From the NCBI GenBank assembly GCA_963735595.1, contig CAVTLK010000005.1, positions 224,001 to 288,000 of the forward strand: a stretch of 64,000 bases of DNA. Direction: 5' to 3'. The number at the start of each line of letters is the position of its first letter. Positions within the stretch are counted from its first letter, which is position 1. The translations under genes were made by a program, and so were the position numbers. Source of the stretch: an uncultured delta proteobacterium. Its GTDB lineage: Bacteria; Desulfobacterota; Zymogenia; Zymogenales; Zymogenaceae. Below the pieces are notes generated by a model. It was not told the DNA's origin. It saw nothing but the letters and a program-made list of their open reading frames with translations, and made no database searches. Shown here piece by piece: positions 39,969-49,227 of this stretch.

Positions 39969-41376
39969 TTAGGTTGATTCGAGGAATACCCGAAATGCCT
40001 TGCAGCTCATATAGATATCGGCCTTGCTTGAGATCTCGAAGGGTGAGTGCATATTGAGCAGGACCGGGCCGATATCGATGACGTCGATACCCCGCTCGGC
40101 GATGTCTTTTGCGATGGTTCCCCCGCCCCCCTCGTCGACCTTTCCCAGCTCGCCGTACTGCCAGACGACCCCCGCGCCGTTGAAGAGCCGGCGAACCCAC
40201 CCGACCAGCTCCGCCGAGGCGTCGGAGGCCATGTATTTACCGCGGGAGCCGGTGAACTTGGTGATACAGGGGCCGTAACCCAGGAGCGCCGCGTTGGTCT
40301 TCTCGTGCACCTCCGGCCAGTCCGGGTCCATCGCCCCGTTGACGTCGGCCGAGATGCAGCGGCTCTTTGCCAGCATCGCCGAGACGTCGGAGGCCGCGGG
40401 CGTTTTACCGGCCGCCGTAAGGATATCAGCGGCCACCTCTTCGATGATCCGGCCCCGGGCGCCGGTCACCCCTTCCGACCCGATCTCCTCCTTGTCCAGA
40501 AAGAAGACGGCGCACGTCCTGGCGGGGTTCTTCGCCGAGAGGGCGGCCGAGAGGGCCGAGTAGGCGCTGGCCCGGTCGTCCTGGCCGTAGGAGCCGACCG
40601 AGCGAGCAGTCAAAGCCGATGTCGCGTGCGGGGCCGGCCGGCACCGCCTCGATCTCGGCGCTGATAAAATCCTCCTCGGTGATGCCGTAGGTGTCGTGCA
40701 GATGCGTCAGGACGGCAAGCTTGACCCGCTCCTTTGCCTCGGTGTCGGCAATGGGGATGGTCCCGCAGATGATGTTGAGCTTCTCGGCGGGCAGGGCCTC
40801 CGAAATCTTCTTTTCCATCTGGGCCTTTCCGGCCAGGTGGATGAGGAGGTCCGAGACCAGGAATACCGGGTCTTCTGGGCCGTCGCCGATGGCGATCTCG
40901 ACTTCTTTGCCGTCTCCGGTGACCACCAGGCCGTAGAGCGCCAGGGGGCGCGCAACCCAGTGGTATTTCTTGAGGCCGCCGTAGTAGTGGGTCTTCAGGT
41001 GGGCGATCTCGACGTCTTCGTAGAGGGGGCGCTGTTTGAGGTCGAGCCGGGGGCTGTCGATGTGGGAGACGATGAGGTTGATGCCGTGGGAAGGGTCCCC
41101 GGTCCCCATCAGGACCATAGCCGCCGACTTGTGGCGGTAATCGCGGTAGAACTTCTTGACGGGCTTTCCCGGATCGAACTCGGTGAAGCCCCTGCCCTGG
41201 GCCCTGCGGATGATCTCGCGGACGGCAAGCCGCTCGGTCTTGGCCGCCGTCAGAAACGCCCGGTAGTCATCGCCGAGAGAGGCGATTTCCTTTTTATCGG
41301 CGTCGGTGACCTGATCCCAGACCGATTTGGGCTTGTACTTGAGTTCCTCGCCGGGGGCCTTTTTCTGATCGTTCAT
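39969..41376 (-). CDS. M18 family aminopeptidase; 1-bp frameshift near 40600
   Basis: SHIDSPRLDLK, HYYGGLKKY, YGQDDR, DKEEIGS, SADV, GGGTIA, MHSPFEI; the two track ORFs join at GFDCSL/VGSYGQDD. Confidence 0.92.
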
Positions 41377-41524
41377 GGAGTCGAAATGTATCCGTATATA
41401 TAAAAAAACATACGTACCATGACACGGAGGCCAAAGTCAAGTTTAAACGTGCAACCAGTTAGCCGCGGCCCGCCGCGTGCACTTTGTACCTCGGCAGCGA
41501 GGCCCAGCCTTAACGGTACGGGGG

Positions 41525-42283
41525 CTATCCGATACGCTTTTTGATCTTCCCCCACGAGGGCGTGATCAGGAAGCTCTCGTCCATGTCGGCGACCATCCGG
41601 GTGAACTTCTTCATCGGGACGGCAAACGTCAGGACGCCCTCGGGTACGTAGGGCCGGGCGGAAACATCAAACATCCCCAGGACGGCCCGGGGCCGCTTTG
41701 CCGCCGCCTCCAGCATCGGGTAGCCGACGATGGAGCCGCATCCTGCGCTAAAGGGACAGATGACTCCGTTGGCGTCGGATTCTTCAAAGCCGGCAAGCGT
41801 AAAAAGGCCCGCGAGCACGTCGGGCGGGGCAAAGAAGATCACGACATCGGGGCTGTCGGCCTCGGTCAGGCGGTCCCATCGGGTGAATACGATGTACCTT
41901 TTCGGGGCGGTAAACGTCTTGGCGTTTTTAAGCAGCTCCTTGACGATCTCGGGGGATTTCTTATAACGCTCCCCCTCCATTTTCCCCTCGATGCCGCAGG
42001 AAAGGAAATACTCAAACCCCGGCCTCAGCGCCTGGGAAAAACCGAGGTAGCGCCTGCCCCCGGCGCATCCGATGGCGTCGTTATCCAGCGCGAGCGTCTT
42101 GCCCTTGCGAACGCCGATGATATCCGCGATGACGCAGCGGTGGGGGGCCGTGGTCAGCCTGGGTAACAGCGCCCGGTCGGCCGTGTCGGTATACTGGAAG
42201 ACGATGGGGAGCTCGGCGCTCCTGAAGTATTTCTTCCACTTGGCCGTAAACTCGTCCCTGATCGCCCCGATCGTTATGTCCAT
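41525..42283 (-). CDS. DUF169 domain protein
   Basis: GCAGGRRYLGF, EGERYKKSPE, PDVVIFF, PFSAGCGS, GMFDVSAR. Confidence 0.8.
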   Translation of the reverse strand: MDITIGAIRDEFTAKWKKYFRSAELPIVFQYTDTADRALLPRLTTAPHRCVIADIIGVRKGKTLALDNDAIGCAGGRRYLGFSQALRPGFEYFLSCGIEGKMEGERYKKSPEIVKELLKNAKTFTAPKRYIVFTRWDRLTEADSPDVVIFFAPPDVLAGLFTLAGFEESDANGVICPFSAGCGSIVGYPMLEAAAKRPRAVLGMFDVSARPYVPEGVLTFAVPMKKFTRMVADMDESFLITPSWGKIKKRIG

Positions 42284-42356
42284 GGGGTTTCCTCCATTCG
42301 TGGTTTGGTGCAGTATACCCGAAATCGGGTTGAAAGTACCGGGTTTTTTAGGGGGT

Positions 42357-42386
42357 AAAAAACCGCGGCCCCTGAAGGGGCCGCGG
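42357..42386 (-). terminator. Rho-independent terminator of the WG-repeat gene
   Basis: aaaaaa-ccgcggcccc-tgaa-ggggccgcgg. Confidence 0.8.
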
Positions 42387-42418
42387 CGATGCCAATATAT
42401 ATGGTTGATTTGTTCCGG

Positions 42419-43453
42419 CTATTTTGCCGTCAGCATCTTTCCGGTCTTGTCGATAAATCCCCATTTCTCGCCGATCTCGACGGCGGCCATCCCGCCCGCG
42501 AACTCGTTGGCGTGGTCAAAGCGAGGCTCGATGATGAATTTACCGGTCTTGTCGATATAGCCCCACTTTTCCCCCTGCTTAACCGCGGCAAGGCCTTCCT
42601 TGAAGGTATCGGCATATTCGAAGGTTGCCGGGATCACGAACGCGCCCGTCTTATTGATATAGCCGTTGCCGTCCTTCATTTCCACCGCCGCCAGGCCACC
42701 CGAGAAGGGCCCGGGGTCCCTGAAGGCGGGCGGGATTACCACGGTCCCTGTTTTATCCGCGTAACCCCACTTACGGCCCATCTCGACCGCGGCCAAACCC
42801 TCGGAGAAGGGCCTGACGTCGTCAAACGCCGGCGCAATGACCATCGTCCCCTTTACGTCGATAAAACCCCAGAGGTCGCCCACCTGCACCGCGCACAGGC
42901 CGTCGGAGAAATTACCCGTATCCTCGTAAGTCGGCGGCACGACGACGGTCCCCTTCTTGTCGATAAAGCCGATCAGGTCCCCGGCCTGCACCGCCGCGAG
43001 GCCGCCGGCAAACGGCTCGGCGTCGTCGTAGGTCGCCGGGATCACGACCTTCCCGTTCACGTCGATAAAGCCGATCTTTTCGACCGACTCAAAACGGGCC
43101 AGGCCCTCGGAAAAGTCCCACGCGTCGTCGAGGTTCGCCAGGATAACGGCCGCGCCCTTTTTGTCGATGAAGCCGTGCTTGTCGCCCGAGATGAAGCGGG
43201 CCCTGCCGTCCTTGAAATCGTAGGCGGGCGCGTAAAAGATCGACTCCCGCATAAACGACGGGGAGATGATAAATTTTCCGGTTTTGTCGATATACCCGAT
43301 CTGCTTGTTGACCTCTACCCGCGCGAGATTCTCCGAGAAGTTCCAGGCGTTGTCGACCAGCAGCTCCCCGGCAACGGCGAGCGTGGCAAAAGCCAGGACG
43401 CCGAGAATGACCAGCGGAACAACGACAAAGGCCGCATATGATCGTCTTTTCAT
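42419..43453 (-). CDS. Exported WG-repeat (KWG) protein
   Basis: Signal peptide; about nine FSEGLAxV...(W/I)G(F/Y)IDxxG repeats. Confidence 0.92.
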   Translation of the reverse strand: MKRRSYAAFVVVPLVILGVLAFATLAVAGELLVDNAWNFSENLARVEVNKQIGYIDKTGKFIISPSFMRESIFYAPAYDFKDGRARFISGDKHGFIDKKGAAVILANLDDAWDFSEGLARFESVEKIGFIDVNGKVVIPATYDDAEPFAGGLAAVQAGDLIGFIDKKGTVVVPPTYEDTGNFSDGLCAVQVGDLWGFIDVKGTMVIAPAFDDVRPFSEGLAAVEMGRKWGYADKTGTVVIPPAFRDPGPFSGGLAAVEMKDGNGYINKTGAFVIPATFEYADTFKEGLAAVKQGEKWGYIDKTGKFIIEPRFDHANEFAGGMAAVEIGEKWGFIDKTGKMLTAK

Positions 43454-43656
43454 CAAGCCCTCCTTTTTTGTGGGGAAAGTTTTTCTGGTGAGTAAAAATG
43501 GACACAATAACTATCGCACATTTTCGGGAAGACGTCAAGGGACTAAATCATGGGGGATAGAGCGGAAAAAGGGGAGGGCCTCCCCCCGTCCCGGATTTGC
43601 CGAGGTAGGGAGCCCCGTCCCCTTGCGCGATTCTTGCCCGATCGTGGTCCAGGTGG

Positions 43657-44088
43657 CTATTGCACCCTAAAGGTTATCGACGCCAGCTCCCTGCCGCCGT
43701 CGTCGCTTTCATTCATGCGCAGGTCATAGGAGCCGGGTGCCGACGGCGCGATAAGTTCCATGATCCCGGAAGTCGTCCCGTTGAGATACTGATAGGAAAT
43801 ATCGTTCTGGTCGTTTACCTCTTCGGACCCGTGGGGGACCGCAGACGGGATGATCCCGATCCATGCGTTGGTGGGCAGGCCCACCGGCGCCATGTAGACG
43901 AGGTTGATCGTATCGCCCGGCATATAGACGTCCCGGCCCAGGCTCAGGGTTGCGGGGATCATGACGCCGGGGGCGGGGGCGGCGGGCTGGGCCTGGGGTG
44001 CCGGCTCGTCGGTTCCCGAACAGGCAACGAGGCACAGGGCGGCCAACAAAGAAAGCGCGATCGCGGTCAGATACAGAGACTTTTTCAT
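43657..44088 (-). CDS. Hypothetical lipoprotein with a small Ig-like domain
   Basis: Lipobox LVAC; Pro/Ala linker; AWIGI...YQY...PGSYDLR. Confidence 0.7.
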   Translation of the reverse strand: MKKSLYLTAIALSLLAALCLVACSGTDEPAPQAQPAAPAPGVMIPATLSLGRDVYMPGDTINLVYMAPVGLPTNAWIGIIPSAVPHGSEEVNDQNDISYQYLNGTTSGIMELIAPSAPGSYDLRMNESDDGGRELASITFRVQ

Positions 44089-44197
44089 GTGCGGTTTTCT
44101 CCTTGGTACTTGATGTGGTTTTTTAATCGGCTCTAAACGTGACCCGAATGATGACTGGTTAAAGTGGATCAGTTGTATCCGTAAGTGCCACTGAATG

Positions 44198-45163
44198 TCA
44201 ATACACCAGCCCCACCTTCTCCCTCACCACGTCCAGCGTCTTGACCGCCTCGGCGCGGGTCTTTTCGGCACCCTTCTTGAGGATATCCCGGATGTCATTG
44301 GGCCTACTGACCAGCGCCGCGCGTTTTTCGCGGTAGGGGGCGAAGAACTCCCAGACCCGCTTCAACAGATCCTTTTTCACGTCGGAGTATTTCAGGCCGG
44401 GGGCAAGATAATTCGCGCGCAGTTCCTGTTTCTCGTCGGCCGTCATGAAGAGCGAGATCAGGGCAAAGAGGTTATCCGTGTCCGGGTCCTTGATCTCCTG
44501 CACGCCCCGGGAATCGGTAACCACGCTCATGACCTTTTTCTTCAGCTCGGCCTCGTCCTCGAATATATCGATGGTGTTGCCGTAGGACTTGCTCATCTTC
44601 TGGCCGTCGATGCCGGGGATGACCGCAAGGTCATCGTCGATCTCCGCTTCGGGCACGACGAAGGTGTCGCCATAGAGGTAGTTGAACCTGATCGCGATGT
44701 CGCGGGTCATCTCGAGGTGCTGTTTCTGATCCTTGCCGACCGGCACGCGGTCGGCCTGGTAGAGCAGGATATCGGCGGCCATCAGCACCGGGTAGGCAAA
44801 GAGCCCGTGGTTGGGGGCGATGCCCTTGGCAATCTTGTCTTTATAGCTGTGGGCGCGCTCCAACAACCCCATCGGGGTGACGTTGCTAAGTATCCAGGTA
44901 AGCTCGGTGACCTCCGGCACGTCGCCCTGCACCCAGAAGAAGCTCTTCTCGGGGTCAAGCCCCAGCGCCAGGAAGTCGGCGGCGGCGCCGAGCGTATCGG
45001 CGGCAAGGCGCGGCCCCTCGGCCACCGTCGTCAGGGCGTGGTAGTTGACGATGAAGCAAAAGAGGGTGTGCTCCTCCTGGTAGCGGATCATACTTCGCAT
45101 CATGCCGAAGTAGTTGCCGATGTGGAGCGTCCCCGAGGGCTGGATACCGGAGAGAATTCTCAT
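44198..45163 (-). CDS. trpS: Tryptophan--tRNA ligase
   Basis: SGIQPSGTLHIGNY, YPVLMAADIL, VPVGKDQKQH, KMSKS. Confidence 0.97.
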   Translation of the reverse strand: MRILSGIQPSGTLHIGNYFGMMRSMIRYQEEHTLFCFIVNYHALTTVAEGPRLAADTLGAAADFLALGLDPEKSFFWVQGDVPEVTELTWILSNVTPMGLLERAHSYKDKIAKGIAPNHGLFAYPVLMAADILLYQADRVPVGKDQKQHLEMTRDIAIRFNYLYGDTFVVPEAEIDDDLAVIPGIDGQKMSKSYGNTIDIFEDEAELKKKVMSVVTDSRGVQEIKDPDTDNLFALISLFMTADEKQELRANYLAPGLKYSDVKKDLLKRVWEFFAPYREKRAALVSRPNDIRDILKKGAEKTRAEAVKTLDVVREKVGLVY

Positions 45164-45228
45164 TTTTATTATCCCTTTCCGCAATGTGTAAGGCGGGAAA
45201 TACGGTAACCCCATAATCCCGGAGTATT

Positions 45229-45451
45229 TTCTTCGTGCCTTTGTGTCTTAGTGGTGATGTTCCGTCTTTTCTAAGGCCGATAATACCATTAAGACACAAA
45301 GAAGCAACAGAAGCATAAAGGAGTCGGAGCGCTCATGTCTTTATCAACTTTCGGGTCTTTCTCACCCGTTTTCGACGGTAAAGAAAGGCTCCCACCACAA
45401 AGGCACCAAGACACAAAGTAGAATAAATTACGTATGGTGTCGCGATAATTC
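45229..45451. repeat. Degenerate family A arms plus a family B half-site
   Basis: ttcttcgtgcctttgtgtcttagtggtg (45229), accattaagacacaaagaa (45285), caccacaaaggcaccaagacacaaag (45393), aattacgtatggtgtcgcgataattc (45426). Confidence 0.75.
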
Positions 45452-45471
45452 GAAATTCCTGCAGTTGATCC

Positions 45472-45870
45472 TTAGTCTGTCTTGATCACCGTCACGTATA
45501 CGCGCCGGTCTCTCGGCCCGTCGAACTCGCAGAAAAAGAGCGACTGCCAGGTGCCGAGCACGAGCCTGCCGCTTTCCAGAATCACGGTCTCGGATGCGCC
45601 CACGAGGCTCGATTTCAGGTGGGCGTCGGAATTGCCCTCAACGTGCCGCCAGGCGCCGCGCTCCGGGATGATCTCGGAGAGCTTTGCCAGGATATCGGCC
45701 GGCACGTCGGGGTCGGCGTTTTCGTTGATGGTGACGGCGGCCGTCGTGTGGGGGACGAAAACGACCACGATGCCGTCCCCGGTCCCCGACTCCCGGACGG
45801 CCGCTGCGACCTCGGACGTGATGTCGATCATCTCGACCCGCCGTTTTGTCTGGACCGAGAACTCGTGCAC
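45472..45870 (-). CDS. yjbQ: YjbQ family (UPF0047) protein
   Basis: HTTAAVTINENADPDV, HVEGNSDAHLK, LGTWQ, EFDGPR; GTG start after ggagg. Confidence 0.92.
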   Translation of the reverse strand: MHEFSVQTKRRVEMIDITSEVAAAVRESGTGDGIVVVFVPHTTAAVTINENADPDVPADILAKLSEIIPERGAWRHVEGNSDAHLKSSLVGASETVILESGRLVLGTWQSLFFCEFDGPRDRRVYVTVIKTD

Positions 45871-45993
45871 GATACCGCCTCCCGCGTGTTCCTGACGTTG
45901 ACGGAAAATATCACTGTTGCCTGTATTTTTCAAGCCATTTCTGCTATAATCTCGCGCCGGTACCTTGGCTCAATTGACAAATCGGACGATTTT

Positions 45994-46609
45994 ATGATAC
46001 TGAACAGCAGTGCGGGCCTCTATCGAACAATCAAACGAATCATCCTGGCCTCCCATTCGCCGCGCAGGCGCGAGCTTCTGGCGGCACTCGGGATTATCTT
46101 CGAGGTGATCGGGACGGACCTCGACGAGTCGATGACGGCAGGCGAAACGGTGGAGGAGCACGTCCTGAGGCTCGCAGGGCAGAAGGCCTGGGCGGTCTCC
46201 TCCCGGAACCCCGATGCCCTGGTGCTCGGGGCCGATACGGTCGTGGTGTGGACGGGGCGGTGCTCGGCAAACCGGCCGACGAGAAGGACGCCGCCCGGAT
46301 GCTCGGGATGTTGTCCGGCAGGACGCACGAGGTGCTGACGGGCATCGCGATCATCCCGTCTCAATGCCAGGACGCGTACGCGCAGGTCGTCCGGACCGCC
46401 GTCGTCATGAGGGGGCTTGACCCGAGGGAGATCGCGGCCTACGTCGCCACGAAGCGAACCGATGGACAAGGCCGGGGCCTACGCGGTGCAGGGGCATGGC
46501 GTCGGCCTTCATCACGAGGATCGAGGGGTCCTACACCAACGTGGTGGGCCTGCCGACGGCCGAGGTTATCGGGCTCATGCTCACGCTCGGGGCCGTGGAG
46601 CCGATATAG
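45994..46609 (+). CDS. maf: Maf family nucleotide pyrophosphatase; about three frameshifts (46250, 46452, 46500)
   Basis: IILASHSPRRRELL, GADTVV, LGKP, LSGRTHEV, EPMDKAGAYAVQG and GSYTNVVGLP recovered across frames. Confidence 0.9.
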
Positions 46610-46641
46610 CGATATAGGACGGGGCCGGGAGGGAAAACGCC

Positions 46642-47343
46642 GTGTCGGGAATAGACGAGATCAGGGACAACCTTCAAGCGGTGCGGGACGGGATCGGGCG
46701 GGCCGCCGTGCGGGCGGGCCGCGACCCGAACGAGGTGAGGCTGATCGTCGTCACCAAGACGTTTGAGGCTGCCACGGTCAGAGACGCGATCGGGGCCGGT
46801 GCCGCCGACATCGGCGAAAACTACGTCCAGGAGGCGCGGGCAAAGATCGAGGCCGTCGGCCGTGAGGCCGCCCGGTGGCACTTCATCGGCGGCCTGCAGA
46901 AGAACAAGGCGAAATACGTCGTCCGGCTCTTCGACCTGGTCCACTCGGTGGACGGATTGGAGCTGGCCGCCGAGATCGACCGGCGGGCGGCGGTGGACGG
47001 GCGCGTGATGGACATCCTCATCCAGGTGGACATATCCCGGGAGGACCAGAAGTCGGGCGTGATGGAGGAAGAACTGGCCGACGTTGTCCGCGCGATCGCG
47101 CCGCTACCCCACGTCGCCGTAACGGGCCTCATGGGGATGCCGCCCTTCGGGCGGGAGCCGGAGGCCTCGCGGCCCTATTTCCGCCGGATGAAACAGCTCT
47201 TCGACGAGCTTGCGTCTCTCGGGATACCGCGCGTGGATATGCGGGAGCTCTCGATGGGCATGTCCAACGACTTTGAGGTAGCCGTCGAGGAGGGCGCGAC
47301 GATGGTGCGGGTGGGGACGGCGATTTTTGGACAGAGGGGATGA
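46642..47343 (+). CDS. yggS: YggS family PLP-binding protein
   Basis: VVTK, GENYVQE, WHFIG, LSMGMSNDF, VRVGTAIFG. Confidence 0.95.
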   Translation: MSGIDEIRDNLQAVRDGIGRAAVRAGRDPNEVRLIVVTKTFEAATVRDAIGAGAADIGENYVQEARAKIEAVGREAARWHFIGGLQKNKAKYVVRLFDLVHSVDGLELAAEIDRRAAVDGRVMDILIQVDISREDQKSGVMEEELADVVRAIAPLPHVAVTGLMGMPPFGREPEASRPYFRRMKQLFDELASLGIPRVDMRELSMGMSNDFEVAVEEGATMVRVGTAIFGQRG

Positions 47344-47434
47344 GTGGTATAATTATAGGGATAATCGGGGGGGCAATCCCTTCCGCTATCGGCGCATCGC
47401 GGATGCGTCATATAACCTAAAACAGGGGGAACCG

Positions 47435-47719
47435 ATGCCAAGAAAGGGTTCGTCCCGTAAAGGCGGGACAAAAAAGAACCTGATAGTGCCGGTGGTGGTG
47501 GCCGTGGTGGTCATCGTAATCGCCGCCATTTTGATGAATTTCCATTTCATACGGACGAAAAACGACTTCAAGGTGCTCAAGAAGTCCAGCTGGGGGCCCA
47601 AGGATACGTTCGTCGATACGCGCTCGTGGGGTCCGCTGGACTGGATAGATCACGGCGATTTGCTCAAGGCGATGGTCAATGACACCATCGATGAACTGCA
47701 GAAGGACATCACCGAATAG
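47435..47719 (+). CDS. Small single-TM hypothetical protein
   Basis: RBS ggggga; basic N-terminus, one hydrophobic helix, short C-terminal domain. Confidence 0.7.
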   Translation: MPRKGSSRKGGTKKNLIVPVVVAVVVIVIAAILMNFHFIRTKNDFKVLKKSSWGPKDTFVDTRSWGPLDWIDHGDLLKAMVNDTIDELQKDITE

Positions 47720-47796
47720 GCCGACCGGTCCGGCCGATGGGAATCGTATTTTTCGGGCGCGTAATAACGCGCCCGAAAAAGAGATTTCCGGGGCCC

Positions 47797-48342
47797 TTAC
47801 TTCCGGTCGATCTCGGCCAGGAGCTTTGCGGTCTTCGGCACGTCGGCGACGTTTTTTCCGTAGTGCGCGTACTTCACCTTCCCAGACTTGTCGATGATAA
47901 AGGTCGCCGGAAGCTGTTTCTCGTTCCCCTCGTACGTGCCGTGTTTGAAGCCCTTCAGGGTGGCCCTGATCGCCCGAACGATCGTAGTCGGGGTGACATA
48001 GCCGAATATCGAGCCGGGCCTGACCCCGTAGAGGGTAAAGAGCCTCTCGTGCGGGTCGCAGACGATCACGAAGGGCATATCCTTTTGGGAGATCATCGGG
48101 GTGATGTTCTCGGGCGTGCTCTGCAGGACAACCAGGAGCGATACCCCGCGCTTCTTGAAGTGGGGAAACTCCTTTTTAAGCTCGGCGATCTTCATCTGGC
48201 AGATGGGGCACCCCCTGTAGCGCAGGAACATCAGGACGGTCGTCCCCTTTTTCGTGAAACCGGAAAGCTTTTCACCCTTCTTCCAGGGGGTGTCGAAGGT
48301 AAAGTCGGGCGCGGCCGCGCCCGCCGTCAAACGCTGAGACAT
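47797..48342 (-). CDS. Peroxiredoxin-like (AhpC/TSA) redoxin
   Basis: APDF, FLRYRGCPIC, QLPATFIIDKSG. Confidence 0.88.
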   Translation of the reverse strand: MSQRLTAGAAAPDFTFDTPWKKGEKLSGFTKKGTTVLMFLRYRGCPICQMKIAELKKEFPHFKKRGVSLLVVLQSTPENITPMISQKDMPFVIVCDPHERLFTLYGVRPGSIFGYVTPTTIVRAIRATLKGFKHGTYEGNEKQLPATFIIDKSGKVKYAHYGKNVADVPKTAKLLAEIDRK

Positions 48343-48385
48343 ATCTAATCCTCCCTTCTTTTGTTCGATTACCGGCCGATCGCCG

Positions 48386-48958
48386 CTATCCCTCGATAAC
48401 CTTGAGAATATGCGGCGGTTTGCGCTCCGGGGCCGGCGGGATTGCCGCGGGCCACCCGACTATGATCGGGGCGACGATCATCTGGTCTTCGGGCAGTCCG
48501 ATCTCCTCTTTCAATTTCGGGTCCCTGATATGGGAGCCGAGGTTGACCCAGCAGCTGCCCAGGTTTCGGTCCGTTGCCGCCAGCATGAAGTAGGCGGCAA
48601 ACAGGGCGCAGTCCACCCGCGTCGAGTAGAGGGCCGGCGGCCCCGTGACGATCACCAGGCAGGGCGCGTTAAAAAAGACATTGAAGTCCTCGTTGGTGAG
48701 CGCCGCCTCGTAGCGCAGCGATGGGTGTTCGGGGTTTGCCCTGATGTCGGCGACGAGGTTTTTCTTGCTCTCGTCCGAGAGGCGTTTGATCAGCGACCGG
48801 TCGTTGATGATGATGAACTTCCAGGGCTGGCCGTTGCCGGAGCTCGGCGCCATCGTCGCCGTGCCGATCAACTCCCGCACGAGATCGGTCGGCACCGGTT
48901 TGTCCTGATAATTCCTGATCGATCGTCGATCCAGTAAGAGCCGGGAAAAATCGGTCAT
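48386..48958 (-). CDS. Nitroreductase family protein
   Basis: RRSIRNY, APSSGNGQPW, LGSCW. Confidence 0.92.
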   Translation of the reverse strand: MTDFSRLLLDRRSIRNYQDKPVPTDLVRELIGTATMAPSSGNGQPWKFIIINDRSLIKRLSDESKKNLVADIRANPEHPSLRYEAALTNEDFNVFFNAPCLVIVTGPPALYSTRVDCALFAAYFMLAATDRNLGSCWVNLGSHIRDPKLKEEIGLPEDQMIVAPIIVGWPAAIPPAPERKPPHILKVIEG

Positions 48959-49227
48959 CGAATGGTCCTCCCGCTGCCGACGACGGCACGAAGGTACTAA
49001 ACCCGCGCATAAGGCATGGGGGCCGTTGTTGGCCCGGCGGCGTACGCGCGCTATCGGAATCGTAACACGGATTGTATACTACCACAGGGCGTGCCGGACG
49101 ACAATAGCCGATTTTTTACCATCTTCCCCCCGGGGACGGGGGCGGCCGTCCGGTATCTTTTATCTTGAACTAATGATAAAGATGCGGTAAATTTCGTGTA
49201 AACATGGCAGTCATACGGAGGGTTTTT

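Noticed and set aside
45164..45471. T-box or attenuator upstream of trpS
   Set aside because: No T-box motif or Trp-rich leader seen; the region is explained by family A and B fragments.
45994..46609. Programmed frameshifting or true pseudogenisation of maf and other split genes
   Set aside because: No slippery heptamers, several indels per gene, intact catalytic motifs and a positional gradient all favour consensus error.
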